Below, piece after piece: positions 39,516 to 53,099 of a stretch of DNA of 64,000 bases. Where the stretch lies: positions 38,874,001 through 38,938,000 of the forward strand of contig OX597816.1 in assembly GCA_951406725.2 (NCBI GenBank), read 5' to 3'. Position 1 is the first letter of the stretch, and each line of letters begins with the position of its first letter. The notes under the pieces were generated by a model. The model ran no database searches. It worked only from the letters and a program-made list of their open reading frames with translations, and was not told where the DNA came from. This DNA is from Octopus vulgaris (taxonomy: Eukaryota). A program made the position numbers and the translations under genes.

Positions 39516-40015
39516 CTAGATAATTGTTAAACAATTGTTCTCATTGAAATTTTTACTGCTTTAATGCATGTAACTTTTGCTGATTCACTAAGTATGGAAA
39601 GAAGTTCTCGTTCATGTGTGAATTATTATTACACATAAGAATGAGTTGTACCTTATTATTTTGACTGTATTTATTGACTTTGTTCCCGGACTAGGTGGCG
39701 TATTGAGTTCATGGACAAAGCACTTCATTTCACATTATCCTAACTCACTGAAAATGAGTACCAGCAACAGCTGGGCGTTAACCTTTCGAAGGACTAGCAA
39801 ACCATTTCAATGGGATATTGTACTCTCTATCACTTACATATCTTGGAAACTAGAATAGCTTCTGGCCTAATGAACATGTTGGACCATGACAGACCTAAGA
39901 ACTACAATTATTGACTTCAATACAATATTATTTAGTCAATAATACATCCATAATAACATCTCATTATTTCTGTTTATACATTTTCTATTATTTGTATTTA
40001 AAAAATCATTATCAT

Positions 40016-40280
40016 AAAACTGACTGAATGTGGAAGGCTGTTTATATTCAAATATATAATGAATAATACGTCTGTGAATGAGTTGTGCCTTATTTATATA
40101 CAGTACTAATATAAGCATAACAAAAACACAAAATTCACTGAATGTAGAAGGTTTTCTATATTTATATGTATAATTAATAACAGGCACCTATAATAAGTTG
40201 TACCTTATCCTTTGTGTATAGTACTAATATAAGCATAACAATAACACAAAACTCACTGTGTGTGGCAGGTTGTTTTCCAT
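40016..40280. repeat. Diverged tandem repeat, unit about 115-120 bp
   Basis: agtactaatataagcataacaa..cacaaaa..cactg recurs. Confidence 0.7.
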
Positions 40281-40398
40281 TGATATATTTATTATGTAAC
40301 TCACTGTTAAACATAAACAAATATACAGAAGCAAATACAACCATGCCTAACACTTATAATGCAGAATAGAGTTTTCTGTAATCTCATGTGTGTGATGT

Positions 40399-40464
<66 letters not shown>

Positions 40465-41429
40465 ATGTGTATGTGGCATTATGTATAGTAGAAGTAAAGC
40501 TATAGTGACAATTTCTCAAAATAGATTCTGTGAAAAAAATTTTAGTGTTCTTTGAGACGAGGTGTCTTTTAATAAAATTTGGTAAAAAAATTTATTTTAA
40601 ATGCTATTCAATATTTTCTAAATATTAAGTTATATGTCTCAAATATATGGTGGCCAACATTCAGAATTGTTAGGATGTTATGCAAAATGTTTAGTGGAAT
40701 TTTGTCTGTTTTTACATTCTGAGTTCAAATTCCACCAAGGTTGACTTTGCCTTGAGGTTGATGTAATCAACTTACACCCTCCCCTGAAATTGAAACCATT
40801 ATATGTGTCAAGTATTATTTTTGCTTCTCAAATACAATTCTATCTCGAATCACAAGTGCAGCCAGAAAGGGCACTTGGGGGGCACCACTTTCGAGTCTGT
40901 TGTTCGCAATATGCATTTTTTGTGAGAGCCCAGGAGCAGCAAACTGATGGGCTGGCCTGGGCAGCACACACTCTAGCTATGCTAGAGTCTCAGATGCAGT
41001 TTTGTTTCATTTCATAATAGATGCAGGCATGACTGTGGGTTTAGATGTTCACTATTTCAGGTCCATTCCTATTGTGTGACACTTTGCGCAAGTGTCTTCA
41101 ACTATAAACCAGAGCCAACCATAGCTTTGAAGTGGTTTTGGTAGATGTGTTCATCTATCAGAGAGACAAGGACCATCTAGTCATCCTTAAGAATAACTGA
41201 TAGTGATGCAGTAGATGACCAAGATGTTTCACTTGCCTCATCTTGCTCTCCACACTTCACAATGCATTGTTGCAGCCACCTTCCTCTCCGTTGATTTCTG
41301 AAGAATTCTTCCAGAGTATCTGCTTGACCCTGTCTTCACATGCATATGAAGGCAAGCCTTAATATGCTAATTAACCCATAGCTAGAACCCTAACAGGTGT
41401 ACTATTCAAGGTCAGAGTAGACCTGAGAA

Positions 41430-41813
41430 GTGGAGGCACAATGGCCCAGTGATTAGGGCAGCGAACTCGCGGTCATAGGACCGCGGTTTCGATTCCCAGA
41501 CCGGGTGTTGTGAGTGTTTATTGAGCGAAAACACCTAAAGCTCCATGAGGCTCCGGCAGGGGATGGTGGTGATCCCTGCTGTACTCTTTCACCACAACTT
41601 TCTCTCACTCTTACTTCCTGTTTCTGTTGTACCTGTATTTCAAAGGGCCGGCCTTGTCACTCTCTGTGTCACGCTGAATATCCCCAAGAACTACGTTAAG
41701 GGTACACATGTCTGTGGAGTGCTCAGCCACTTACACGTTAATTTCACGAGCAGGCTGTTCCGTTGATTCGGATCAACCGGAACCCTCGTCGTCGTAACCG
41801 ACGGAGTGCTTCC
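41430..41813 (+). mobile_element. OR1-like SINE with 11-bp TSD
   Basis: TSD agacctgagaa at 41419-41429 and 41814-41824. Confidence 0.9.
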
Positions 41814-42166
41814 AGACCTGAGAACAATAATGGCTAAGATGTGGTTCCATGCTCCTCAAAACCCTGGAACTCCCAAACCAGGGCTCTATTACTAGAAGCA
41901 ATTTATATATCCAGAGAGGATGTGTGTGTGTGTGTGTGTGCATATGTGCATGCATGCATGTGAGTGCTAACACCATGAGAAAAAGCATCCAATTTCCTAT
42001 TTCCAATCACTCAGTACTGTGGTTGGCAATAGAAAGACATCAAGACATACGAGGCCCCAAGCCGAATGATCAAGCCATTACAAGCATCAGGCTACGAGAA
42101 CAATGACCCTGAATAATAAATTACACAGACTGGTAACCCAGCCAACCCATAAAGAGCAAATACAAA

Positions 42167-42200
42167 ATGATGATGGTACTACTGGTGCTGCTGCTGCTGT

Positions 42201-42261
<61 letters not shown>

Positions 42262-42342
42262 GGTGGTGGCGGCGGCGGCGGTGGCGGTGGCGGTGGTGGT
42301 GGTGGTGGTGGTGGTGGTGGTGGTGATGATGGTGGTGATGGT
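42167..42342. repeat. (GAT)n-(GGT/GGC)n trinucleotide tract
   Basis: Seen directly. Confidence 0.95.
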
Positions 42343-42643
42343 ATATTATCTGTCATTTGCATTATCAATAATAATCTGTTATCTGCAAACTCTGTAATGT
42401 CTAAACACGTAATATCCATCAAGCTGTCTCATCTGCAACAATCAGTTAACATGCTATGTTACATTACTTTTCACAATGTATTGGTGTTGGTGTTGATGGT
42501 GGTGGTGGTGGGAATTTCATTGCAAACACTATATTGTGTCATCGACTAGACTACCTTGTCCATAATAATATATATTTTCAGTTTGTCTTATACTATTCAT
42601 TGTTTTATATTACTCATCACCCATCACCAATGTAGTAGCTTTT

Positions 42644-42870
42644 ATCTTTTATCTTTTATTTGCCTCAGTCTCTTTGGACTGCGGCCATGCTGGAGCACCA
42701 CCTTGAAGGGTTTTAGTCAAACAAATTGATCTCTGTTATTTATTTTTTTTTTTTTAAAGTCTGTTATTTATTCTATCAGTCTCTTTTTGCTAAACCGCTA
42801 TAGTTACAGGGACGTAAACAAACTAACATCGGTTGTCAAGCTGTAGTGGTGGTGGGGACAAATACAACAC
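42644..42870 (-). mobile_element. OK-like SINE tail
   Basis: gactgcggccatgctggagcacc..gggacgtaaac..ggttgtcaag. Confidence 0.75.
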
Positions 42871-42905
42871 AATATAATATATTATAAATTATATATATAT
42901 AATAT

Positions 42906-43001
<96 letters not shown>

Positions 43002-43058
43002 CATACATACATACATACGTACGTACGTACGTACATACATACACACATATATATATAC

Positions 43059-43127
<69 letters not shown>

Positions 43128-43228
43128 TATATATATACATACACACACACATGTATACATACATACACACACACACACACGCATGCACACACACACACAC
43201 ATACACACATATATATATATAACATATA

Positions 43229-43264
<36 letters not shown>

Positions 43265-43359
43265 TATGTATATATAATTAAGATTCAGTTGAATTAGGTA
43301 CTTAAATTGAGGCACCAAGCCAGTTTAGTATAGTCCACACAGCTCCGAGTTAGGTGAAC

Positions 43360-43947
43360 AGAATGTAAATAAGTAACAAAGATGTCCAGGTATCAATACA
43401 TTATGTCTGTTTTGAACAGCTCCATTTAATCAATCAACGAAAACATTGCATCAATTTGAAAGAAACTGCCCTCCTCAGAAGTATATGACCATATAGATTT
43501 CCAACATAAAGTATAAACCATTTTCTAGAAACACAGTTGACGACTCCCAATGGATTTAATTCTAAATGGTTGTATATTACATGCTGCTTAAAACCTTCTA
43601 AATATAAATAACTATTTCATCACTCCTATATTTACCCCCCCCCCGCCACTATTTTCCTCTGCTACTCTCTAAATAATAGTAGGCTTAATAAGATATGCAT
43701 TTTTTAAAAAACTTATTCTGCCACAAATATAACATAAGGAAACAATGTAATTATTTTGGTTTCCAGTATAGATATAAATTTGTTAAAAATTATTTATCCT
43801 TTATGTTGAAAATCTATTTGGTCATCTATGTCTAAGGAGAATGGTTTCTTTCAAATTTATGTAATGTTCTCATTGATCGATTAAATGGAGCTGCTTGAAA
43901 CAGCCATATTGTATTGATACCTGGACATCTTTGTAACTTATTTACAT

Positions 43948-43950
<3 letters not shown>
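43360..43950. repeat. Diverged inverted repeat or long-TIR MITE, arms about 160 bp
   Basis: agaatgtaaataagtaacaaagatgtccaggtatcaatac.. versus ..gtattgatacctggacatctttgtaacttatttacattct. Confidence 0.8.
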
Positions 43951-43994
<44 letters not shown>

Positions 43995-44002
<8 letters not shown>

Positions 44003-44277
44003 ACCGACCAGACCATCAGATGTTGCTTCACATCACTGGTCACAATGCATTCGCATTGCTTTAGCCTTCGAATGACGCCACCCCACTGGCTAAGCGAGCA
44101 GGCCAACAGACGAAAGAGTGGTGAAAGAGTACAGCAGGGATCACCATCCCCTGCCAGAGCCTCGTGGAGGTTTTAGGTGTTTTCGCTCAATAAACACTCA
44201 CAACGCCCGGTCTGGGAATCGAAACCACGATCCTACGACTGCGAGTCCGCTGCCCTAACCACTGGGCCATTGCGCCT

Positions 44278-44280
<3 letters not shown>
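43995..44280 (-). mobile_element. OR2-like SINE in (TA)n
   Basis: Reverse complement of the 19411 family. Confidence 0.88.
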
Positions 44281-44359
<79 letters not shown>

Positions 44360-44479
44360 GTATGTATATATACATATATATATATACATATATATATTAA
44401 TATAAATAATATATATATATATATGCATATATACATATGTATATGTACATACTTACATCTATACATATATATATGCATA

Positions 44480-45090
44480 TGTGGGCACAGGATGTCACGA
44501 AAGGTGTACAAAAAAAATACAAAGTACAAGTACATGGAACATGAACTATTCTTTCAAACAATGAAAGACACAAATGGGAAACAAAACAAGCAACATAAAG
44601 AACGACCCTTCATCCGTTGTTGGCTCCTTTTCTAGTCTTGTATTTCAAGCATTTAACAACACTATACGCTTTCGATAAAACAGTTGCTCCTGCAAGGCAA
44701 ATTAAATAAAATTTGGGATTTTGCGGAGGGTCAAAATTGGTAACACAAACAGGACAGTGAAAACAAACAGGAAGGGCTGCTAAGCCTAAAGAAGGTCGTG
44801 GTGGCGAATGTGTAAATCAAGCTTGGACAGGAGACATACAAAAAGCACATCTTCCTTGCTCCAGCTACAACGGAGAGAAAGAAAGAAACACAAGTTAGGA
44901 GAAGAAAAAAAGATGGCCGATGGTTATGTGGGAGCCACGTGAGCAATGGAGGAGGAGTGAGGGAGAGAGAGTGACAGAGTAATAGGAGAGAATAGTGGGA
45001 GAAGAGGAGGAAAAAGAATAAGAGAGAGAACGAGAAAAACAAAAGAGTAAAATGATCAAATAGTGTGCGCATCATATTATAAATATATGT
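44480..45090 (-). mobile_element. Possible PLE-type terminal remnant in (TA)n
   Basis: Pyrimidine tract followed by a degenerate stem + gaaa; layout resembles 62570-62850. Confidence 0.3.
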
Positions 45091-45193
45091 ATATTCTTGT
45101 AATTGTCATTTTAGTAAATAAATAAATAAGCTGACATTATATAATGCCTAAAAGTTGATGAACCACTTATTGATCCCCTCCATTTTCTTATTG

Positions 45194-45262
<69 letters not shown>

Positions 45263-45540
45263 CATACATACATACATACATACATACATGCACACACACA
45301 AATATATATATATATGTATACACATGCACAGATATATATATATACACACATACTACTATCATCATCATCATTTAACATTTGTTTTCCATGCTGGCATGGG
45401 TTGGACATATATATACATATTTAAGTTTCTGTGTCTCAAATCTACTCACAAGGATTTGACCAGCCTAAGGCTATTGTAGAAGACACTTCCCCAAGGTGCT
45501 ACACAGTGGGACTGAACCCAGAACCATGTAGTTGTGAAGT

Positions 45541-45929
45541 GGATGGAAGCACTCCGTCGGTTACGACGATGAGGGTTCCGGTTGATCCGAATCAACGGAA
45601 CAGCCTGCTCGTGAAATTAACGTGTAAGTGGCTGAGCACTCCACAGACACGTGCACCCTTAACGTAGTTCTCGGGGATATTCAGCGTGACACAGAGTGTG
45701 ACAAGGCCGGCCCTTTGAAATACAGGCACAACAGAAACAGGAAGTAAGAGTGAGAGAAAGTTATGGTGAAAGAGTACAGCAGGGATCACCACCATCCCTA
45801 CCGGAGCCTCGTGGAGCTTTTAGGTGTTTTCGCTCAATAGACACTCACAAACGCCCGGTCTGGGAATCGAAACCGCGATCTTATGACCGCGAGTCCGCTG
45901 CCCTAACCACTGGGCCATTGCGCCTCCAC
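45541..45929 (-). mobile_element. OR1-like SINE nested in an OK-like head (about 45420-45968)
   Basis: TSD agttgtgaagt at 45530-45540 and 45930-45940. Confidence 0.9.
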
Positions 45930-46487
45930 AGTTGTGAAGTAAGCTTCTTAACACACAACCACACCAGTGTCCATATCCATTATATTATATTTCATTCATT
46001 CTATGTCTCATACTGTTAGATATCTTACAATGTCTATCCTCTTGTGTTGTTCTCCATTATACTTTGCCTATTATTATATCTTGTGTCTTCTGTCATAATT
46101 ACTTACATCCATTCACCTTTGTTTTGCTTCGACGTTAGGAAGAAGACATTCACAGTGCATCTCATTTTATGCATTTCCTCATATCATTTTCAGATATGTG
46201 ACTTTCAACATGAGTATGTGAATGTGTCCTTGTGCATGTATGTGTAGGAGGATATATATGTGACTGAGCATGTATATGTTCATATACATATGTGTGAGTG
46301 CACTATATGTACGACTGCGTACGTATATGTGTATGTATGTGTGTGTGTGTTTCTATGTAATTTTTTCAAAACGAATGAAACCTTAACCCTACAGGCAGTT
46401 TACCTACACAACTGCATTTCTTCGTATAAAAATTTCTAGATGATATTGTATTAAAAATATATGGATTTGTCTGTCTGTATGTATGTA

Positions 46488-47757
46488 TGAGGTCTGATCA
46501 GTAAGTATCCGGACTGGTACTATAAAAACAAAACTACAACATGTACCAATTTGGCATTTAATCTTCTTCAAAGTAGTCCCCTTTGGAAGCCACACACTTA
46601 ATCCAGCATTGTTTCCATTGATGGAAGCATTCCTGGAACTTGTTTTCTGGGATAATCAGCAGGGGCCTTGTCACATTCACTTTAATTTCCTTGGCATCCT
46701 GAAATCTTCTTCCTTTCAAGCAGGATTTGATTTTCGGAAAGAGGAAAAAGTTGTAAGGAGAAAGATTTGGGGAATACAGCGGCGCTCAAACACAGGGAAT
46801 GCTGTGCCTAACCAAAAACTGCTGCTGAATGGGCAGGTGTGTTGTCATAGTGCAATTGCCACTCACCGGACATACACAATTGTGGCCTTTCCAATGGATA
46901 GCATCCCACAAAATGTTACGGTAGTACTCCTTGTTTATTGTCTGACCATGTGGAGCATACCTATGATGAACAATCCCCTTGTCATCAAAGAAAACGGTCA
47001 GCAGTGTCTTCACATTCCTTCAACTCATTCATGCTTTCTTGGAGAGGTTGGGGTCTTCCACTGCGAACCCTGAGCCTTTGTTTCAGGTCATAGCCATAGA
47101 ACCCTGATTCATTACCCATTATGACCGTTTTCAAAAAGTTTTCATCATTCTCAACACAATCGAGAAGATTTTGAGCAACTGAAACCCAAGTGTCTTTTGG
47201 GTCAGATTAAAGCAGCTTTGGCACAAACATGGCAGACATGCATCTCATACCCAAATCTTCAGTGATAATGGACTGAACTGACCCATAACTAATCTTCACA
47301 CCTTCTGATCACTCATGGATGGTGATTTAAAAATTTCCTCTCACAGCTGCATGGACATCTGCTATGTTTTTCTCAGTTCTGCTGGTTGCAGGTCTCCCAG
47401 AATGTTGGCCATCTCAGAAACTTCTGAACCACTCGTACACTTCTGTGAAGTTCATGCACTCCTCCCCATACACTTTCTGCAATTTTGCATAGGCATCTGA
47501 GCAGATATTGCCAAGCTTTTGGCAAAATTTGATGAAGATTCTCTGCTCAACTTTCTCTGTCATGGTCAATGCGATGATCACATGCTACATATATTCCTTC
47601 CAAGCACAGCTGTTAACAGCATAAGTGAGAAAGAACATTAAAACTTAGTGCCCATGCACAGCAGAGTTCAAGGTCAATCTGTGCCAAATGGTTTTACTCT
47701 GTGTGCTCTAGCTTTGTTACTATGGCAACAGTCCAGATACTTATTGATCAGACCATG
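46488..47757 (-). mobile_element. Decayed mariner element with both TIRs
   Basis: TIR gaggtctgatcagtaagtatccggactg versus cagtccagatacttattgatcagacc; transposase piece KTLLTVFFDDKGIVHH..GQTINKEYY. Confidence 0.88.
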
Positions 47758-47761
47758 GATA

Positions 47762-47828
47762 ATGCATGCATATATATATATATATATATATATATGCATA
47801 TATATATGCATATACATACATATATATA

Positions 47829-47885
<57 letters not shown>

Positions 47886-48181
47886 GAATGCTTGTTCATA
47901 TGGTTTGTGTGTGTGTGCATGCATATATCAAATATATTTATAGATACATATACACATGCATATATTTGTAAAGTATGTATGAACAGATGTACATATGTAG
48001 ATTTAAATATGTGCATATGATGTGCATATGTAAGTATGTGTGCATGCACACACAAGTATACACACACACACACCCATATATATCTATATATATACATGCA
48101 CACATACATATATATCCTTACGTAAATATATTTATAGGAACATATATATGAGTATATAGATACACACATAAATATATATAA

Positions 48182-48252
<71 letters not shown>

Positions 48253-48544
48253 TATGTATGTACACTCACATGCATACACAAATATATATAAGTATATGTG
48301 TATGTATATGTATAAACACACACATATGTGTGTAAATATACATAGATATATATATAATAATGTATATAAATTTACACATAAATATATACACATGCCTATC
48401 ATAAATATATTGTCATCATCATCCAACATCCATTTTGAATACTGAAGTATATATATATATGTCCGTCTGTGTGTCTGTCTGTCTCTCGCTCCCCCTCTCT
48501 TTCCCCCCTCCACCCTCTCTCTTTATATATATATACATACATAC

Positions 48545-48583
<39 letters not shown>

Positions 48584-48680
48584 CACATACACATACACTC
48601 ACAGACACAGCAAGAGAGAGAACGTGTGCACTGTGCGTGCATACGTGCATGTGTGTGTGTTTTTGAGTGTGTGTATACAG
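47762..48680. repeat. Compound TA/CA/TG low-complexity tract
   Basis: Seen directly. Confidence 0.9.
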
Positions 48681-49078
48681 GGACACAAATGTCACCTCCA
48701 ACCAGATATTCATGACCAAAGTACTTTAGAATGTCATTCGTCTGGACATTTTTATGTATTGACAAGAACATTGCCCATTGTGTTAATGAACAGAATAAGT
48801 AATATTCTGTGTCGTTGAAATATGGCTATATATATATATTTGAAAAAGAAAAAAATTAAGTAAAAGTTACATGATTTGAAAATTAAATTCATATAACATT
48901 TTACATTTGTCTTTGTGACTCTGTGTGTGTGTATGTGTGTTTATGCAAGTATGAAGCCAGAGAGACAAAAAGACAAGCAGGCAGACAGACAGACAAATGT
49001 ATAGGGTATGAGAGGTATTTGAAGACATATTTGATAATTTAATGAAACAAGTCTAATCTAGCAAAAGCCAAATATATT

Positions 49079-49271
49079 TGGTGGCACATAAAAAGCACCC
49101 ACTACACTCTCGGAGTGGTTGGCGTTAGGAAGGGCATCCAGCTGTAGAAACACTGCCAGATCAGACTGGACCTGGCGCAGCCTTCTGGTTACCCAGACCC
49201 CAGTTGAACCGTCCAACCCATGCTAGCATGGAAAAACAGACGTTAAACGATGATGATGATGATGATGATGA
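49079..49271 (+). mobile_element. RTE 3'-tail copy
   Basis: Closely matches 38645-38835. Confidence 0.88.
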
Positions 49272-49519
49272 ACATTTGTTTACATATTCTTGATAAGTTT
49301 TCTTATAAAGGTATTCTATGAATCTGGCCTCAACTTTTTAAGGACTGCTTCAGCGTGGGGTCAGAATCATAGACATAGACATGCCTGCACTAAATAGTTC
49401 TTTTTCATTTCAGACATCACCTGGACAATGGCAGCTTTCAACAAAGCTATGATATTGTGACCATGTCAGTTAGCCTACCGTTCAAGAATTCTCCAAATGT
49501 AGTCAACCATGGGACTTAA

Positions 49520-49701
49520 CCCTTTTCACATTGTTTTGAATTCATCAGGCATTATCTCGTAGATTCAAGATTTTTGATGTTGTGATTGTTTATTTTTAGA
49601 ATTACATTGTGGGATAGGTGAAAGAGGCTGGACCTGGTTGGTTTGAACAGAAAGTGAGTAGAATATTTTGGCAGGATATAACCAGTTTAAATGCCAAAGT
49701 G
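49520..49701. mobile_element. piggyBac-type MITE
   Basis: TTAA|ccctt..aaagtg|TTAA; related copy in the opposite orientation at about 52470-52673 ending aaaggg|TTAA. Confidence 0.6.
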
Positions 49702-49779
49702 TTAAATCTGATGATTCTGGAAGCTACAAGTTTGGTTTTACATGATTGTATAGATTATCTGACATCCATTTTAGATAAG

Positions 49780-50275
49780 ACTGTGTAACACAATTTTTGT
49801 CCTTGGAAAGCAACTGTTATTTCTTATTTGCTTACCCCTAGAAAGTATGAAAAATGGCTAATATTTCCTTCAAATTTTGCTTTTATTACATTAATTCAAA
49901 CCCCCAAAGAATCTCTCTCAACACATGGCTATGATGCTCCCCACCCCACCCCCGCTACTCCTGCTCATGATCAGAGGTGCACATATTGTCAACCCACTAA
50001 GGGACATGTTCAAGTGATTTGAGTCAAGCAAGTGACAAGAAAATCTGTGGTATTGAGCAGAATATTTGCTGTAATGATATTTCTGCTTCAGCAACTCAGT
50101 ACTTACTCTGTCTGAAATGTAATGGAAAATATAGGTCAATTTCAAAACATTGATGTTCAGGTCACAAAAGCAAAATTTGACGGGAAGAGTAGTCATTTCC
50201 TTTGATTTCTAGATAGATAGGAAATAACACTTACTGACCAAAGACAAAAAATAATAATTAAAATTTTGGTAAGTC
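49780..50275 (+). mobile_element. Tc1/mariner-type MITE
   Basis: Imperfect TIR actgtgtaacacaatttttgtccttgg versus accaaagacaaaaa; homologous to 55586-55995. Confidence 0.6.
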
Positions 50276-50693
50276 CTGTTCAAATATGGCATATGGCATG
50301 ATATGACCGTCACTACTCACCATTTCTAAAACCACCATAGTTACCAAAAATTTAGTGTGCATCACTGGGGTGGGGGGGACATCAGAAGGATCAGCACAAA
50401 GCCATCTGCCATGTCTGTTATTAGACTTTTGGTCTTGGTTGAGTTTTTTATAGTGGCTGTTGTTGGCTGTTCGAGTGCATGCTATTAAATGGAAAAACAG
50501 TTAGTATGAATCACCATAAGACATTTTTGTGTGTAAATATATTGTTTATTCTGTGGTGGAAGCATGTAGTGTGATACAAAAATATATGTTAACATACAAA
50601 GAAAGTTTTGATTTCTGCTTTTGTACTGAAAGAAGTAACATATAATATTTGTATTACAGTATGTATGCATGTGTGTAATGTGAACAGTCATTT

Positions 50694-52368
50694 TGAAGTA
50701 CTTTTTCACTAATGTCTAAGGTGCCACAGAAAATTTAAAGATTCCAATTATGTGTGTGGGGGTGGGATAGCTAAAAATGTTGGAAACCATTGCATTAGAT
50801 TATCAGCTAAATCATGACTCTTTGTACTCTGAGTTCAAATGACATCCAGTCAAAACATTATCAATGATGATTCCAGAGAACCAATGAGGGCCTTTACTGA
50901 GTGGGCTATCAGCGCTGTAGTGCACAAGGATATTCAATACAAGTTGTATACACTGAAAATGCCAAGTAAGCTCTGCAAAGACGCAGGAAAACCATTTGTT
51001 CTGTGATAAGTGCTTATATTACAAAGTTTAAAGACCCTCATCCACATCCCATACTTTGCTTCTTCTCTGATGAGAAAAACTTGTAACAGAGCTACATATT
51101 ACAGAGAAATATGTGAGTTGACTTGCACAGCAGATGAATATATCGATGAGGCATCTAGCCTCACTTTTGAGAATGTGTGGGTGATAAAATATCTTTATTT
51201 TTGAACCATATATCTTACGTTGAGGTGAATAGACATGTGAGTCGCATGTGGGAAATTGTGTGTGGAGTTGTAGAGAAAACATATGTCTTTGACCGAAACC
51301 TGGCAGGAACTAACTGAGAGTTTTTTACAGTGTAACTCAGAACAAGGCTAGTGTCTCAGAACGAGGCCACTGTATCAAAGTGAGGCTAGTGTACCTCATC
51401 AATATATTCATCTGCTGTGCAAGTCAACTCACATATTTCTATGAGTCAAGTACATGAACATGAACATCGAAATAAATATCAATGGAAATAGTAGTTGTGA
51501 TACCTGTGCCGGTGGCACATAAAAAGCACCATCCGTACTTGGCCGTTGCCAGCGACGCCTCGACTGGCTTCTGTGCCTGTAGCACATAAAAAGCACCATC
51601 CGAACGTGGCCGATGCCAGCGCCGCCCTGACTGGCTTCTGTGCCGGTGGCACATAAAAAGCACCATCCGAACGTCGCCGTTGCCAGCGCCGCCTTGGCTG
51701 GCTTCCGTGCCGGTGGCACGTTAAAAGCTCCAACCGATCGTGGCCGATGCCGGACCCCCCCTGGCACCTGTGCAGGTGGCACGTAAAAAGCACCCACTAC
51801 ACTCACGGAGTGGTTGGAGTTAGGAAGGGCATCCAGCTGTAGAAACTCTGCCAGATCAGACTGGAGCCTGGTGCAACCCCTGGCTTCCCAGACCCTGGTC
51901 GAACCGTCCAACCCGTGCTAGCACGGAAAACGGACGTTAACGATGATGATGATGATGATGAATATGTAGCTCTTTTACAAGTTTTTTCTCATCAGAGGAG
52001 AAGCAAAGTATGGGATGTGGATGAGGGTTTTTAAACTTTGTAATATAAGCACTTGTCACAGAACAAATGGTTTTCCTGTGTCTTTGCAGAGATGACTTGG
52101 CATTTTCAGTGTATACAACTTGTATTGAATATCCTTGTGCACTACAGTGCTGATAGCCCACTCAGTAAAGGCCCTCATTGGTTCTCTGGAATCATCATTG
52201 ATAATGTTTTGACTGGATGTCATTTGAACTCAGAGTACAAAGAGTCATGATTTAGCTGATAATCTAATGCAATGGTTTCCAACATTTTTAGCTATCCCAA
52301 CCCCACACACATAATTGGAATCTTTAAATTTTCTGTGGCACCTTAGACATTAGTGAAAAAGTACTTCA
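50694..52368. repeat. Large foldback with arms of about 475 bp; right arm split by an RTE-tail insertion
   Basis: 50694 to about 51168 is the reverse complement of about 51375-51443 joined to 51961-52368. Confidence 0.93.
51444..51960 (+). mobile_element. RTE 3'-UTR-derived insertion with five hairpin repeat units
   Basis: gtgccggtggcac-type motifs at 51506, 51573, 51640, 51707 and 51770; (gat)n tail. Confidence 0.9.
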
Positions 52369-53099
52369 GTTTTTAAATAAATGGTTAATAGTTGAAATAT
52401 GTTATTTTTGAAAAAATTAAAAACCTACAATAAATATAAAATTTGTAATTTTTTTCAAATGATAATGAAATACTAGCACTTAATCCAGCCATATCCAGTC
52501 TAAATTTTCTACCTCTTTTATATTCAAATCAACCACATCCAGCCTTTCACACCTAACCTACAATGTCATTCTAAAATAAATAATTACATCATCGAAATCA
52601 CAAAGCTACTTGATTCAAAATATTGTGGGTAAATAAGCATCACATTTGACAGAGTGATTTGAATGTTAAAGGGTTAAATTCATTTTATTACCATTAAATA
52701 AATTTCTAAAAATGTTTAAAAATTGATAATGTAATGAAAACAATTTTTGAACAATAATTTATAATAATAAATAAGCATTTAAAAAAAAGTTTTGTCCAAA
52801 GGTGACTTGTTTTCTACCATTAATTTAATAAATGCCACAAAAAATATCAGTGTCCATTAATTGCACATTTATTCTCTCTTATTTTATTTCATAAAAGCAA
52901 AAATATTTTGTGAGTTCAATAAAGCAACCATTTATAATCATATAATTTTTATTTTTGATATGATAACAAAAAAATCTCTTGACACCCAGACAATTAATAA
53001 CTTCTAAAAAAATGATTACTTTTTGAGCACAAAAATTAAATCCCGTAGCAATTTTTTAAAAAAAATCTGTTGTATTACCTTTTTATTGTATTTATTCAA

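Noticed and set aside
41430-41505. tRNA gene (Arg-like), and similar heads elsewhere
   Set aside because: These are SINE heads continuous with a SINE body and flanked by TSDs.
42087-42549. Poly-Pro/Ser or poly-Asp/Gly ORFs
   Set aside because: Trinucleotide microsatellite with no other coding signal.
44620-44690. Hammerhead-like stem + GAAA on the minus strand
   Set aside because: No recognisable CUGANGA core or stem I; too degenerate to call.
51064-51092. ctgatga hammerhead core
   Set aside because: No stem II between the core and GAAA.
51506-51793. CRISPR-like array of palindromic repeats with 67-bp period
   Set aside because: Linkers are homologous to each other, there are no cas genes, and the array is part of an RTE 3' UTR in a eukaryote.
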